Below are positions 1-13,819 of a stretch of DNA of 64,000 nt, in pieces. A program made the translations under genes and the position numbers. The DNA comes from Adineta vaga. Lineage: Eukaryota > Animalia > Rotifera. The notes below the pieces were generated by a model. The model was not told the origin of the DNA, did no database searches, and saw only the letters and a program-made list of their open reading frames with translations. The stretch is taken from positions 9,734,001 through 9,798,000 of the forward strand of contig CP075497.1 of the NCBI GenBank assembly GCA_021613535.1, read 5' to 3'. The number at the start of each line of letters is the position of its first letter. The first letter of the stretch is position 1.

Positions 1-782
1 TTTATTGTTACTAATATGGTAGTTATGCATATAGTATAGTATAATTCGTTTTATTGTATCGAAGTTAAAGGGCGTGTGATATTCATCAACATAAACAGTT
101 ATTCTCCTGTAAATAACAATAAAAAATATCAGGTAATTCATTGATACATTATGATGTGAGAACTTCATAATATATATAGTTAAGAATAAATTCTTTGGAT
201 TTGACTGCTAAAAATGGTACACATTTATAGCTTAACAGGACTAATTGAAAGTCAAAAAAATACGAACATATTCTTCTAACTTCTAGTGCAAATGATTCAT
301 AACATGTTTCGAAATAAAAATTAGAATTAACAGTAAGATTTAAATAGGCAAAATCATCTATCTAACTTCCCGTTCTACAAAAATACGTTTTGAAAATATG
401 AAATCAATATATCGATACAAAAAAAAATTATTACTCACTTTGAAATCTCCCTAATTATTTTACAACAATGATACTAGTTATTTATCTACAAGAATATTAA
501 TTAATAATTATTTCTCTATTCAAATTGTTTTTCTGATGTTTTTTTTCTAGCACTAGAAACTAGCGTCCTCTAGTTATTGTCAGAAAAACGATTGGCTTTG
601 TAACTATGTTTGATGCATCCAATCGGTGAATGACTTGCGTATTACAGAATTATAGAAAGAGGAAACAATGAAATTTAGTCATTTTCTACGAAATTTCCTT
701 GGAAAAATAGACCTTGCTCAACTATATTGCATCTTGTTTTAACTACTGACAGTTTTCTTTCGTATAGAGCCTTCAACACAAT

Positions 783-2088
783 ATGTCGATGAATAATTTC
801 GATGCAGAGATGTCTCGGTAAGTGTTTATCATTGAAATTGTTAAACTTTTCCATTTGACGTTTTCGTTTCATTTTAGTTTCGAGAATGAAATCTCGAACG
901 CGAATCCAATTAATGGTCCACCTCGTATGCCTATGATGCCATCTGGTCCACCACCACCTGGCATGTTTCCACCCATAATGCCAGGTTTACCTCCGCTTCC
1001 ACCACCACCACCAAGTGTCATGGCTCAATTAATGAACAATAATGTTCCACTACCTCCTTCAGCACGTTTACCTCCTCGGCCTGCTTTTGTCCCTCATCAA
1101 CTTCGTCATCGTGTTCCACAACAATCTGTGCCCTTCCATTCTTCATCATCAAGAACACCACAAATACCTCAACGCGTTCCATCATCACCACCCTTAGCAC
1201 CTGCGCAAAATTCCAATCCTCCTCAACAACAGCAATCAATACTTTCAGCTCAGCCATTATTGTATAAAAATCAAACTCCAAATGAAAAACCAGCTCCATC
1301 TGTGGAACCAACAAATCCTACTCTTCAACGTCCGCCTGTACAAACACCAATCATAGATAATAAACCTTCTACATCACAAAAATTAGATAAACCCATTGTT
1401 ACTAAACTTGAACAAAATCCTCATCCAGTTAGTAAAGCATACGATTCATCGGCACATGCAATGGAAACTCGTGGTAAGAAAAAAAATAATCACTACTCTT
1501 TACTCAAACGAATTATCTATATTTCATTATTTTAGATCATGAAGGTGAAAGTAGTTCTACAACAAAGAAAAAAAATAAGAATAAAGCACAGAAAAAACCA
1601 CGTCATGTTCGTATGGCTGGTGGAACAACTTGGGAAGATGAGACACTTGGAGAATGGGATCCAGGTAAGATTGATTTAAATTAGAAAAAAAAGTAATCTT
1701 CATAGATTTTATTTAGATGATTTTCGTCTGTTTTGTGGTGATCTTGGCAATGAAGTTAATGACGATGCTTTAACACGAGCATTTAATAAGTATCCATCAT
1801 TTCAAAAAGCTAAAGTTGTTCGTGATAAACGATCAGGAAAAACTCGTGGTTACGGTTTTGTATCATTCAAAGATTCTCAGGATTATATACGTGCTATGCG
1901 CGAAATGAATGGTAAAATTAACGATAATTCTTTTCTTATTCAATGGTTTAATTCTATTTTTTGTTTCTTTTTTAGGTAAATATGTTGGTAATCGACCAAT
2001 TAAATTACGAAAAAGTACATGGCAAGAACGAAATATTGATGTTGTTCGAAAGAAGATAAAAGATAAAGTGAAAATGGGTCTTAGATAG
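783..2088 (+). CDS. RBM42: RNA-binding protein 42 (Pro-rich N-terminus, C-terminal RRM), 5 exons
   Basis: Spliced translation gives MSMNNFDAEMSRFENEI, a Pro-rich region, then VRMAGGTTWEDETLGEWDPDDFRLFCGDLGNEVNDDAL...KTRGYGFVSF...REMNGKYVGNRPIKLRKS. Introns are short GT-AG; stop TAG at 2086-2088. Confidence 0.93.
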
Positions 2089-4192
2089 ATGAATGTTCTT
2101 TTTTTCTAATTGTAAACAATAAAAAAAGAAGATTGTTTGTGCTTTAACAACGAATTAGATATTCAATTTCTGTAAAAAATTAGTACCGTGAAAAATGCAT
2201 ATGAATATCAGAAGAAACTCGTAGTTTCATCTTCGAAAACAAAAAATTTCTTCATCTCGTTTTTTTCTTGAGAATTATTCGAATGTAAAAGTGACATTGT
2301 GCCAGTACATAGTATGTCTCAAATTCAAGTTCAAAAAATAAGAAATGAATGTATTTCAGTGGAGAAAATATCATCACAATAATCGCATTGATTCAATTGC
2401 AATAGCTTATAACTAGGTATCTTGACAGAAACTCACATTTTGGATGCTGCGTTACTTAACATTCTGAAATGTATTTTCTTGTAAAGCTAAAATTTTCATC
2501 AAATTCTATACGAAATGAGTACGCACGAAGCAAAAGTAAGATTCCATATGCCTCGAATACTTTGACTATGAAGAATTTCTGCTATTTATCTCTGAATAGT
2601 TCTTCGCGTTACAATTAGAGCAAAGCAAATCGTGCCATTGCTTTTCAGTGGAAGAAGATAGTCAATCATTGACTTCGTACAAAGAAGAATATATACATGT
2701 AAAAATCTCTATTTGTGATCGATTATTGTCAATTTCTCTGGAAAAGTAAAGACATCCTAGATACAAAACTAAAATTGAGGGTGAAAATCGTATATTCGAA
2801 AATAACTACATAATGATTACTAAGTTTTCATTTTTTAGTTTCGTCATAATTGATCTTTATCATTTTCTTCTTGAATAATATTAAATAGCATTTCGCTTTC
2901 TATTTTATCTCAAATAAGTTTCATAAAAAAACGTAAGACTGATTCAAACAACTAATATTTACATGTCACTTCCGTGAAATAGAAAATCTACCAATGACTC
3001 ATCAACTTTATATTTAGTTCTTTTTCTTGTTAAAATATACACAATTATTTCATAATGCACAATCAACGACATTTGATCAAAAGAACAAAAGAAAGTTTCT
3101 AAGTCATAATGATAATCGAAGGTCGATGAATTCGCTTTCTTTGAACAATCAATAGATGTTGATAAACATGATTTCCGTTTACTAATCAAACAAACGACAT
3201 ATAGACTAGCCAATAGTATTCATAATTCATATGAATATTTATAAGTCCAATACTATTACTCCTACAGTCAAATGAAATAGAATAAAATCTATTATAAATT
3301 TCATTCTGATTGGATATAAACAACTTTAATTGTAAGTTTTCAATTCTAAAATTAGAGAAAATAAATGACACTTTGTCACATTATAAATCGCCTGATAGAG
3401 TCGGTAAATGGCCGAATAATAGAGGTTCTTTTTCCCCCGCACTAAAATGTACTTATATTCCCATTTGAAATGTCATCGATTAAAATATTAATTATTTCAA
3501 ACCGTAGGGATATATGTTCATCCCAGGTGAAATAATATTCAGGTCAAGAAGAAAACCGAAGAATATTATTTTTAGTTAGAATCACCAAGGAGAATAAATT
3601 AAATCGTAAGTATACATGTATATGAATAAAGAATCAAGGTAGAACAAAGAACAATTATGAATCAAAAATAGGGGGAAAAAACCTACTAATCTATTTTGTT
3701 TAAAATTGATTTAAATAGAATTGATAACAAAGATTATAGTTCTTCACTATTTTTAGTCATCTCTTACTGACATTTTTATACTTGAAAACACCTTTCACGC
3801 TCGAAAATGGACTTTTTTTCAAAAGTGTATGTAAATTTTTTTGTTTTCGTTTCTTGTTTTCTACATGAGACATACGATGCCGACAACACATGAATAAACA
3901 AAAGAACGAAGATTTGAAAAAAAGAAGAAAATGAACAAACAGCTAATGAGAAATAGTGATTACAACCAACACACACACACACACAGAGAAAGAGAAAGAA
4001 AATGATAAAGAAAAAGAAAAGTTGACATCGACAAACGAATAAAAATATAAAGAAGAGAAGAAAATGAAGAGTGTAAGTTGATAGTGATGTTGAAAGAAAA
4101 ATGTTTCTTTTATTTTTTTGTATTTTGTCAAAGTGGTTGCTGACCGGTTGTGTGTATATGTGTTGTACACAGAGAAAATGTATAATAAACAA

Positions 4193-5238
4193 TTACTGAT
4201 GTTCTTCTGCTGGATTAGCTTCATCTGGATCAGGTGCATCACTTGTCCATAACTAATTAATAGAATGGAAAAATTTATAAATCATATTTGTAAAGTCATT
4301 TTCATCTTACCGTAAGATTATCTCGGAGTAATTGCATAATTAATGTGCTATCTAGAAAAAAAGGTCAAATATATGAATAATTTTTTGTCTTCGATTATTC
4401 ATCTGTGAATGACTAACCCTTGTATGAATCTTCATTAAGTGTATCAAGTTCAGCAATAGCATCATCAAAAGCTTGTTTAGCTAAATGACAAGCTCGATCT
4501 GGTGCATTGAGAATTTCATAATAGAAAACGGAAAAGTTCAAAGCAAGACCAAGACGAATTGGATGAGTTGGTTGCATTTGATTTTTAGCAATATCAAATG
4601 CGTCATTATATGCACGTTGGGATTCTTCAATGACTTCTACAAAACAATACAAATCCAAAATAAGTTTTCTATTATATAAATATACATGTGTTCAATAACA
4701 TACTTTGTCGTTCATCACCTGTGGCAACTTCAGCCAAATATCGGTAATAATCACCTTTCATTTTCAAATAGAATACTTTCGATTCAGCTGTTGTAGCTTT
4801 TGGAACGAGAAATTTATCAAGTAAGGTCTAAAGTACATGAATAAAGATTAAAAAGATTCGAAAAATCGTTTTCTTAAATTGTTTTTACCAAAACTTCTTG
4901 ACAAATATCTTTCAATTCCTTTTCGATTTTTTCTCGATATTCTTTGGCCATTTGTTGTTTACGTTCTGAACCTTCAGTTTTTTGTTCAATACTTGAAATG
5001 ACACGCCATGATGAACGACGGGCACCAACAACATTTTTATATGCAACCGAAAGTAAATTGCGTTCTTCATTCGTCAATTCACTATTAGCCTCAGTGACCT
5101 TCTTCATTGCATTTGCCATATCATCATATCTAAATTGGATAATAGAAAAATAAATAATCAGATTTGAAATCGATTTACATACCGTTCCGCTTGTTCGGCT
5201 AATTTGGCACGTTGTACTTCTTCTTCCTTGTTCGACAT
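4193..5238 (-). CDS. 14-3-3 protein (zeta-like), multi-exon
   Basis: [79 protein letters not shown]; stop at 4193-4195. Confidence 0.97.
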
Positions 5239-7214
5239 GATTGTTGGTTATTTGACTTGTTGAAAGTAAAATTTTGCAAGTAAGCAGAGTCAATTGGATC
5301 TATAAAAGTAATAGAAATGAGAAACATCGAGTTTATATAGACGAAATTTTAGTGCGATGAAAAAGAGAACTGGAGAGGGAGAGAGAAGAAAGGGAAGAGA
5401 GTAAAAGACGACAAAAAATACATTGTACAATTGAGAAAGTTCGATGTTTGCTCGTTCCCAGAATGCGTCAGGGAGAGAAGGCGTAGGCATACATGAGAAG
5501 GATGCGTGTATGTGAGCAAAAGATAGACTAAATGTATTTATTTGCTTCTTATTCTCTCTTGTTCTTCTTCATCTCTCTCTCGCGAGCGCACACATCAGGC
5601 AGGAACAGCGAGCAAGTAGCGCTCAGCATACACAGGCTAGGACGTCTACTACGATTAGTCACCCGGACAAACAGAACGAACATCGGACGGAGAATAAACT
5701 ATATTATACAACGCAGCGTCATTGCTCAGCAACTGACTAAGACAGAAACGAACGAGAATTTAGTTCTATAATATAATAGATGTCGTTAACGAAAAAAAAC
5801 CCAATGAGTCATGAGAATAATTGTATTCAGGCGTAAACTAAACTAAACTAAACTACTGAGTGAACGTTCTTTTCTCCTCTCATTCATCATCGCCAGCGGT
5901 CGGATATGTGTACTTGAGTTCGAAGAAGGCTCACCATTGAGATGTGTACAATAAGTATCGATTTGATATACGTAGAAATAAATACAAACCTTATCAAAAT
6001 TTGATTTCATCATTTTTCTCTTCGTTCAATAAATTTCATGAATATAATCATATGGATCAATCAATGTCAAGATGAATTTGGATTCAAATATATTTCTATT
6101 TCGTTCATTCAAAAGTTCTTCTTCTATTATTTAAGATGAACTCAATTTTGATGTAATTTACGTTTGAATATATTCTTTCTAATAGATTACATCAAGCATG
6201 AAATAATTTGCTGTTTTTCTGTAAAGAAAAATATACTTTCTAGTTGTCCTTCATACATTAATTAACAGTACAACTCATCAGTTTTTCAGATTAAATCAAT
6301 AGTCAATTTCTTCTGACAATAAAGACGAATGATGACTTAGAGATCATCATACTATAAATAGTCAAGGATTAGAAAAGAATATTCAAAAGATCATTGTATC
6401 TCAACGTGATACCTTAAAAGTAAGCTAAGGTATCGTATATTTCTTCTTGAATGATTATACTTCTCTTCCTCACTTACTAAACATGCAAAGAAAGGAAATG
6501 AAATGCAATAGCATGAAATATTCTTTTGCTTCTATTAGTAAAATGTTTTATTCTCATTGATTAATATTCATATGAACATTTAATAGTCTCTTCTCTTGAT
6601 AAATCATTCGATAACTTATTTCAATCTCTTTCTTGTTCATACAAGCAGAAAATTGTTTGAAGAAAGAAGAAAAGAAAACTAACTGCATCTTAATTATGCA
6701 TAAAGGTCTTGTTTTTCAGCAAGAAATAACTCTGGTGAATAGAACTAGAATCAGAGAATGTTACTAAATATAGCATAGTAAATCATATCATTAGACAAAA
6801 AAAGAAAATGAAACATCACGTTGTGTTCTCGTGCTTAAAAATAGTAACTGTGCATGCTTCTCTTTTATTTCATGTTAGATTTTAATTACTAATAAATTAG
6901 TTGCGAATTAATTCTTATCTCTCGACAAATCTATATGTAAATCAAATATTCGCGAAATGAGAATCTTGGTTTTAGGTGTGTGTGTTTTTTTTATTGAGAA
7001 AAATCACTAAACCATCCGCACCACTAAACAGTTAAAAAACTGTGAACTTTAGCTTTTTTTTTCTGTAAAACAACAAAGATTTCTTGTGTTGAAGAAAATC
7101 TGAACGAAAACAAATAAAAAATGTTAGGAATAATGAACTTATAATAATCTTGGCCCTAAAGGAAGTTCAATGTTTATAACAGCAGCAGCAGCAGCAGCAT
7201 ATAAAAATCTCAGA

Positions 7215-10200
7215 TTAATCTGATGATGATGAAGGTTGTGTTTCATCTTTAGTTATTGATTGATTATTTTCAGTTGATTCTTCAATTGCTTGATTATTCG
7301 ATGTTGACACTGAAGAATTCTCTTCAATTGTACTTTCAATTTGAGGAACTTTTTCATCCAATGTTGATTGTTCATGTGTATTATCAGATTGAACATCTGC
7401 TACTGGAACTGTATCAGATGATGTTGGTAATACTTGTTCATCTTTTTCAATATTATCTGACTCTTGCTACAAAGAAAAATAAAATCCAATAATAATGAAG
7501 ATAATCCTTAAGAAAATTAGAAGTTTTCATATAGAATAAAGATAATTTAGAAATGTGTGCGTGTTACACTGGTTCGGAAAGGGATTTTCGAATTTTAATG
7601 AATCAAAAATTAGTCTCCAATTATATCTCGATTGAGGGCTTGATTGTCATTAGAATTTAATGCAATCTTACCTTAGTTTCATTTTCTTCATTAGTAAGAT
7701 ATTGATTGTTAATAGTTTCTCGATTTTCTCTAACAAGTGTTACCAATAAACATTGATCATCACTTTTATTTTCTACAATAATTGTTACATGTTCTGTTTC
7801 TGGAATATGTTTAATCGTATCTTCAATTGCTTTGATTTGATTGACACCATCAATTTCATACAATCGACATTGATGTGCTAGTGGAAATTGTTGATAAATA
7901 TCTTCATCAGGTAGAACAAATAATTGCTCGTCATTTATATTCGATAGAATATGTCCGTAATCAATACATTTTACATTATATTTCTCATCGTTCGTTGATA
8001 AAATTTGTCCACGATAAAGTTTATTGTCCTCATTTGAAACAATACATAAATCATTAATAGACCATTGTTCTTTATGCAGTTTTTCACATGAAAGTAAATG
8101 TTCTTCCATTTCACAAACATGTAAATTTCCACTTGGTAATACATGTATATAAAAACAATCTCTATCTGTTGCAGATATATTTGCCGTAACTGTTGTTCCG
8201 ATTTCTACTGTTAATAAATCAGTTTGTTCAGTTGATTCCTGATTGTTGTAAACATCATTTTCATTATCAAGTTTCATATGTACAATCGACGCTTTTTCAT
8301 CAACTATATAAAATTCAACTACTTCATTTTCTTTATCTTTAACTAATGATCGAACAGTATTATGCCATGAATCTAATGTAACACCTTCTAAGATATAGCC
8401 ATGTGCTTGAGGTTCGATTTGTTCTAATTCATCAGAATATGCATATAAATGTTTTGTTACAACATTATCGTCAATATTTCCATAATCAAGAAAATAAACA
8501 GTATACAAATCGGTTGATGATGAATGAGATTCAATTCTAGCACGATAAAAATTGTCATCAACACTAAATTGAGCAATGACATGATCACCAATTTCATAAG
8601 ATGATTTATGTTGATCTTCTGAAGTAATTTTTTCAATTAATGTAGCGATTTGTTCCATGATGTCATCAGATTCAGGTATTAATTGAAGGTAAACATAGGG
8701 TTTACTTTGTTCAATATGTGTTAAAACACCTCGACGATATTTTGATGGAATTTCTAAAAGAAATGAGGATTGTGATGAGTATGTTATCAATATGATCTAT
8801 TTTGAATATACCTTCTATCTCCGGTTCAATTTCAGTTTTTTCAGAAGTCGTCGCTTCGAATAGATCCACAGCTGTTTCATTTGTTGGTATAATATCATCA
8901 GTCGTTTGTTTTTCAACTATAGGTGGTGTTTGTTCTTCGACATTTGTTGTACTTGGTCGTTCATTAATTTCTGCATTTGGATCATATCCAAATTTTTCAT
9001 TAAAACATTTATTATTATCATAAACAACAACGTTGTATAATTGATCTTGTTGATTAACAATAGCAATTTCAACTGTTTCAGAATCTGAAATATTTTCCAG
9101 TTGTTGAAATGCTTCCGTAATTTTATCTGATGATACACCATATAATTGACATTCTTTATTTTGATGTTTATATGAACTTAATTTTTCACTACATCGTTTC
9201 AATAACGTTTTTGGACATGAACTCACGTTACCAAAATCAATAAAACAAACATTAACATCATCTTCTGATGCATCTGATTGAATAATAGCCCGAAATGGTT
9301 CATCTGAATATTCTGCTATAACGATTGCATCCGGTTTTAATTCTTTGACTTCTTCAAGTGAAAGTATGGGAGCACTTTCATCTTCTTGTTGTACAAGTTG
9401 ACTAATTTCTTCTACAGTTTTCTCATCATCTTGAATATAAAATCGTTGTTTTTCATTTTCAATATGAACAATAGAACATTTGATACGTTTCAATATTACT
9501 TGAGATTTTAATCTAAAACAACAAAATATATTTTCATACTAACTTACTATTTACTATCTTACTTAATGGCATTTATATCCAGTAACATTTTACGGAAATC
9601 GTCCGATTCAAGAAGATATATTCCATCGGCATTTTTACCTTCGATCTTTCCATTATATTGTTTTCCACCACAATTCTCAACAATAACTTCTGTTTTAGTA
9701 TTTTTATTAGCTAAACAATCGATATGTTAATTATGAATGTAATTTGTATTTGAAAATATACCTTCTGCATTTTTAAATGTACATTGATAAGCAAATGGAG
9801 CATCTACACAATTGTTTTTTGCTATTTGTCGAATAGTTTTTGAGTCAACATCAGTCGTATCACCGAAATCAATAAAACGAACTTTTATTTGACTTAAACT
9901 AGTTGAAAGAACAACAGCTAAGAAAAAAAGAAAGGAAGTTATATTTCTAAATCAAATGACACTATTTTGACATTACCTCGATACCAACATTGATCTGAAC
10001 TTCTTGCTAAACATGCTTGACCTACTTTAAATGAACTTAGACTTGTTTCAGGTGATTGTTTAAAATCAATTTGTAAGGTTTCAGTAAGTTGTGATATCTT
10101 ATCAGCTTTTGAGACTAATTGAATAAAGAAGTTATTTGGTGCTTCAATATGACTTATAACAAATTCAAATGTTTCTCGTGGTATTTCAGTAGTAATAAAA

Positions 10201-12868
10201 CGATCACCAGCCTCAAAATTTATATTATTTGATCGCATAGTTGACCAACTACTGTTTGTATTAGTTGATAAATTATTATCTGAACTTAATTGTACTCCAT
10301 TATTATCACGATCACGAAAACCACCACGACCACCACGTCCACCACCGGAATTACCTTAATAGAGAAGAATGAAAATCTATAAATTTCTTTTACTTATGTA
10401 ATTACCTCCCCGTTGGCCACGACCGCCACGATCATTAAAACCACCACGTCGTTCAAAATCTCCACTTCCTGTATTACTTCCTTGAAATCGTCGATTTTGA
10501 AACTCATTATCATTACGTTCGCCACGATTACTATTGAAATTTTGTGATCGCGATGAACTATTATCGGTGAAACCATCTCGACCTTAAAAAAAAGATTTAA
10601 GATTATTTACTTTAGTAGAAAACAATAGGATTTGAATGAAATACTTACTGCCTCGACTAGCAAAACCTCTTCCTCCTGTAAGAATAATAAGAATGTAATA
10701 AATAAATCATTTTCTTAATAACTACTCACGATTAAAGCCGCCAGGTGGATGTAAACTATTTTCATTATTATTATTTTCATTACTTCGATCTAAATTACGA
10801 TTGTTAAAACCACTATGACCTATTGAAAATAAATTTCAAGTTTTTCAATATTAATCGTCTATTCCACATCTGACTTTTACTGATCAATTACCTCCTCGAT
10901 CAGCAAAACCACTTCCACCCCGATTGCTAAAACCACCTCGTTGACTATTATTTTCATTTCTCTGATGGAAACTATTACCACTCGTTTGTTTTCCATTATT
11001 GTCATCGTACATCTGAGTGTTACCTAAAACAAAATAGTGATTTTCAATCGAAATTGACCTTTTGTTCGCTTTTTCTACCTGTTGAACGTTTTTGTTCGAA
11101 TGATGAAGATTGATATTCATGAGTTGACGATGGAAAACGACTTTGATTATTACTTGGAAATGTTTTATTATCATCTGGTCTTTGATTGTTACCAAATTGT
11201 GATGAACCTGATTGTTGCCGATTAAATGGTTGTTGATTTGTCATATTATTGTTATTATTGTTATTATTATGACCAAAGTTTGATCTAGCATTTTGATCAT
11301 TATTCCACGTTTGTTTCGATGCACTCGACTCGATCGTATATGATTGTTGTAGATTTCTTGTACTAGCATTGGAAAATCGTAGTGTTTGTTCCATAGATGA
11401 AGAAGGTGCTGATGTTCCTTGATTGTCTCCACCACCGAATCGACCAAGTGTTGGACGTGTAGAAGCCGTTAATAGCTTTTGTGGTGGAAGTAAAACGTTG
11501 TCTGTTCGCTGACCCATATTTAATCGTCCTCCACTCGTATTTGATCCTGTGGTTGATGGATATTTATGAGAATTATTGAATACTAGCGATCTAAATTAGA
11601 TATTGTTGGTAAGCAATGCAAATATGATTTCCCTACTCAATTGGTGTATATTGTGTTGGATTAGGATTAGGTTTAGTATGTGCAGTAGGCGATGTAATCT
11701 AAAACAGTCGTTAAGATTTTTTTGGATGTTGTAAAACAAAATTTTAGTCAATACATTTTTATCACCGGAAAGAAGCATCTGATTGACACATTGATTATCA
11801 TGTAAGAAAACCTGGACATGATAAAATCCAGCGGTATTGCGTCCTGTCGGTTGAATATGAACAGATTGATTAAGTATCATTCGTTTTAAATTACGCGTAA
11901 TATTAGTTGAACTTTGCTGAAAAAGAAAGTTTTATTTATAAAAAAATTGCAAAAAAATAATGTCTAACATACTATTTCATTATAACCTTCCAAACGAAAT
12001 GGTTGAGCGAATGCTGGTACTGATAAATAACCTTTGTCAGGTTTCAATAATTCTGATTTATCAACGATAATCTCATCACCACGATCGATTAATTTAACTG
12101 ATATTCGTGTTCCATTTTCAAGACGTCTATACAAAACAAAATATCAGAATGAAATAGTTTCACACATCTTTTCTTTCAAATTTACTTGATTGTTACACGA
12201 TGATATTTATTATCCTGTTGTATAATATACATTTCACCTTCTGAAGTTGGATTAACATTGAACGATTGATCGTTTGTAGAACTGTTATAAAATTGTTCCA
12301 TATGTTCTGAAAACGCTGTGAATTCTTTTTCACGACCTTGAGAAAGACCATAGAATTCAACGGCACTGTGAACTTGAATTATTAAATAGTTTCCATCTAC
12401 TAATTATTTAACGAATTAGTTTCGAGAAAAAATGAAGAATTTTATAAACTTACGCGGTTGTATCATAGGAATGTTTGTTGACGAACTGGTATTTGCCCTG
12501 AAATGGTATAAAACAATCCATAGAAGATGTCAAATGATTGTATTTAAAGTTTAAAACGTTTGATAATGACAGTTGTTGACTTTTGACTCGAGTTTTTGTG
12601 AATTACAAAGTTAGTATTCAACTTACGATCTAATCGGACTATTTTGAACGGTAACAGTTTGTGACACAGGATTGAATGAACGTGGTTCTGGTCGTTGAAT
12701 ATTATTATTTGAATTATTGGTAGAGGTAAATTGTTGAATTGATCTTTGCTGCTGCTGTTGTAATGATGGTCTTGTTAAAGACATACCTGCTGAAGCAAGT
12801 TGATTTCGAACAAATGATGGTTGTGTAGGTTGACCAGGAGTAAAAGATGGCCGTTGTGATGAATTCAT
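7215..12868 (-). CDS. Large multi-Tudor protein (about 5 extended Tudor domains, Q/N- and RG-rich disordered regions; TDRD1/6/15-like)
   Basis: Five Tudor cores: KYHRV..LIDRGD (~12000-12400), CWYRA..FIDFGD (~9800-10200), EPFRA..FIDFGN (~9100-9490), NFYRAR..FLDYGN (~8400-8750), KLYRG..CIDYGH (~7750-8200). RGG tract at ~10320-11020; acidic tail exon 7215-7467. Orthology not resolved. Confidence 0.85.
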
Positions 12869-13819
12869 TTTCGTACGAATTACTAGATTCTTTTGGCAAA
12901 GAAATGTGCCAAGATCTCCTACTTCTAAAATAGGAGAACAACGTAAATATCGATATAGTTTTATTCATTTAGTCGTTTTTATTTCCGTCACAGAAATTTC
13001 CCAACAAACATATTTTAAAATAGAATATGTAAATATTGAATATAAAATAATCTTTCACTCTTCTTATCTAAGGACAAACTATACATTCAGGAATGGATAA
13101 AAACTAGATACAGGAGAGTGAGCAAAAGAAAAATGTAATGTTTCGTGTATACATTTTATAAAAATTATTTTTACCCAGTCCTTTTAACGTATCTGTTAGA
13201 TAAACACAGAAACCAATACAACACGTCTGCTCATGCGACAGATAGCGCTACTAATCGAAAACAAAAATTCTCATTATTTTCATACAAATCAATAGTAATG
13301 TTCCTTAGAGAACTGATAATAGCAATTCACAATCATCTTTATCGGTTCCTCTAGATCATCTATCAAAATTCTATCGATTATATATGTTCTATAGATTAAT
13401 TAGAACAGCATAATGGGAAAAAAAAGATTATTATTGCAAATTTTAAGTATTCAAGAATATGTAGGGTTTTTCTGATGATCATGAGCAATGGAATATGTTA
13501 ACCTAATTCGATTCCGATCGTATAAATCTCTCGATTTGTGCTATAAAGATACTTTATAGAAAGGATTGTATAATAGGAAAGTAGAGTTCATTATACTGAT
13601 TACAAAGTTTGTACAGGTTTTCATACTTGGTGAATGTAAGAGAATTAAAACATAGCGACATATTTTCATTCGACAAATACTACATCAAATCATGTTTTTG
13701 ATAGACTAATCCAGATCCAGAAATACAGAGATACCTTGATCATTTATCATAATGATCTTTCATCCAATATTCTGATACATCCTCAAGATTCCATTCAACT
13801 TAACTCACTAACTGTCTTT

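Noticed and set aside
3530-3571. Inverted repeat aaataatattc/gaatattattt as MITE ends
   Set aside because: AT-only, short, with no target-site duplication; expected by chance at this composition.
5684-5700. miR-184-like ggacggagaa
   Set aside because: A 10-nt match only, with no hairpin; it lies in the 14-3-3 upstream region.
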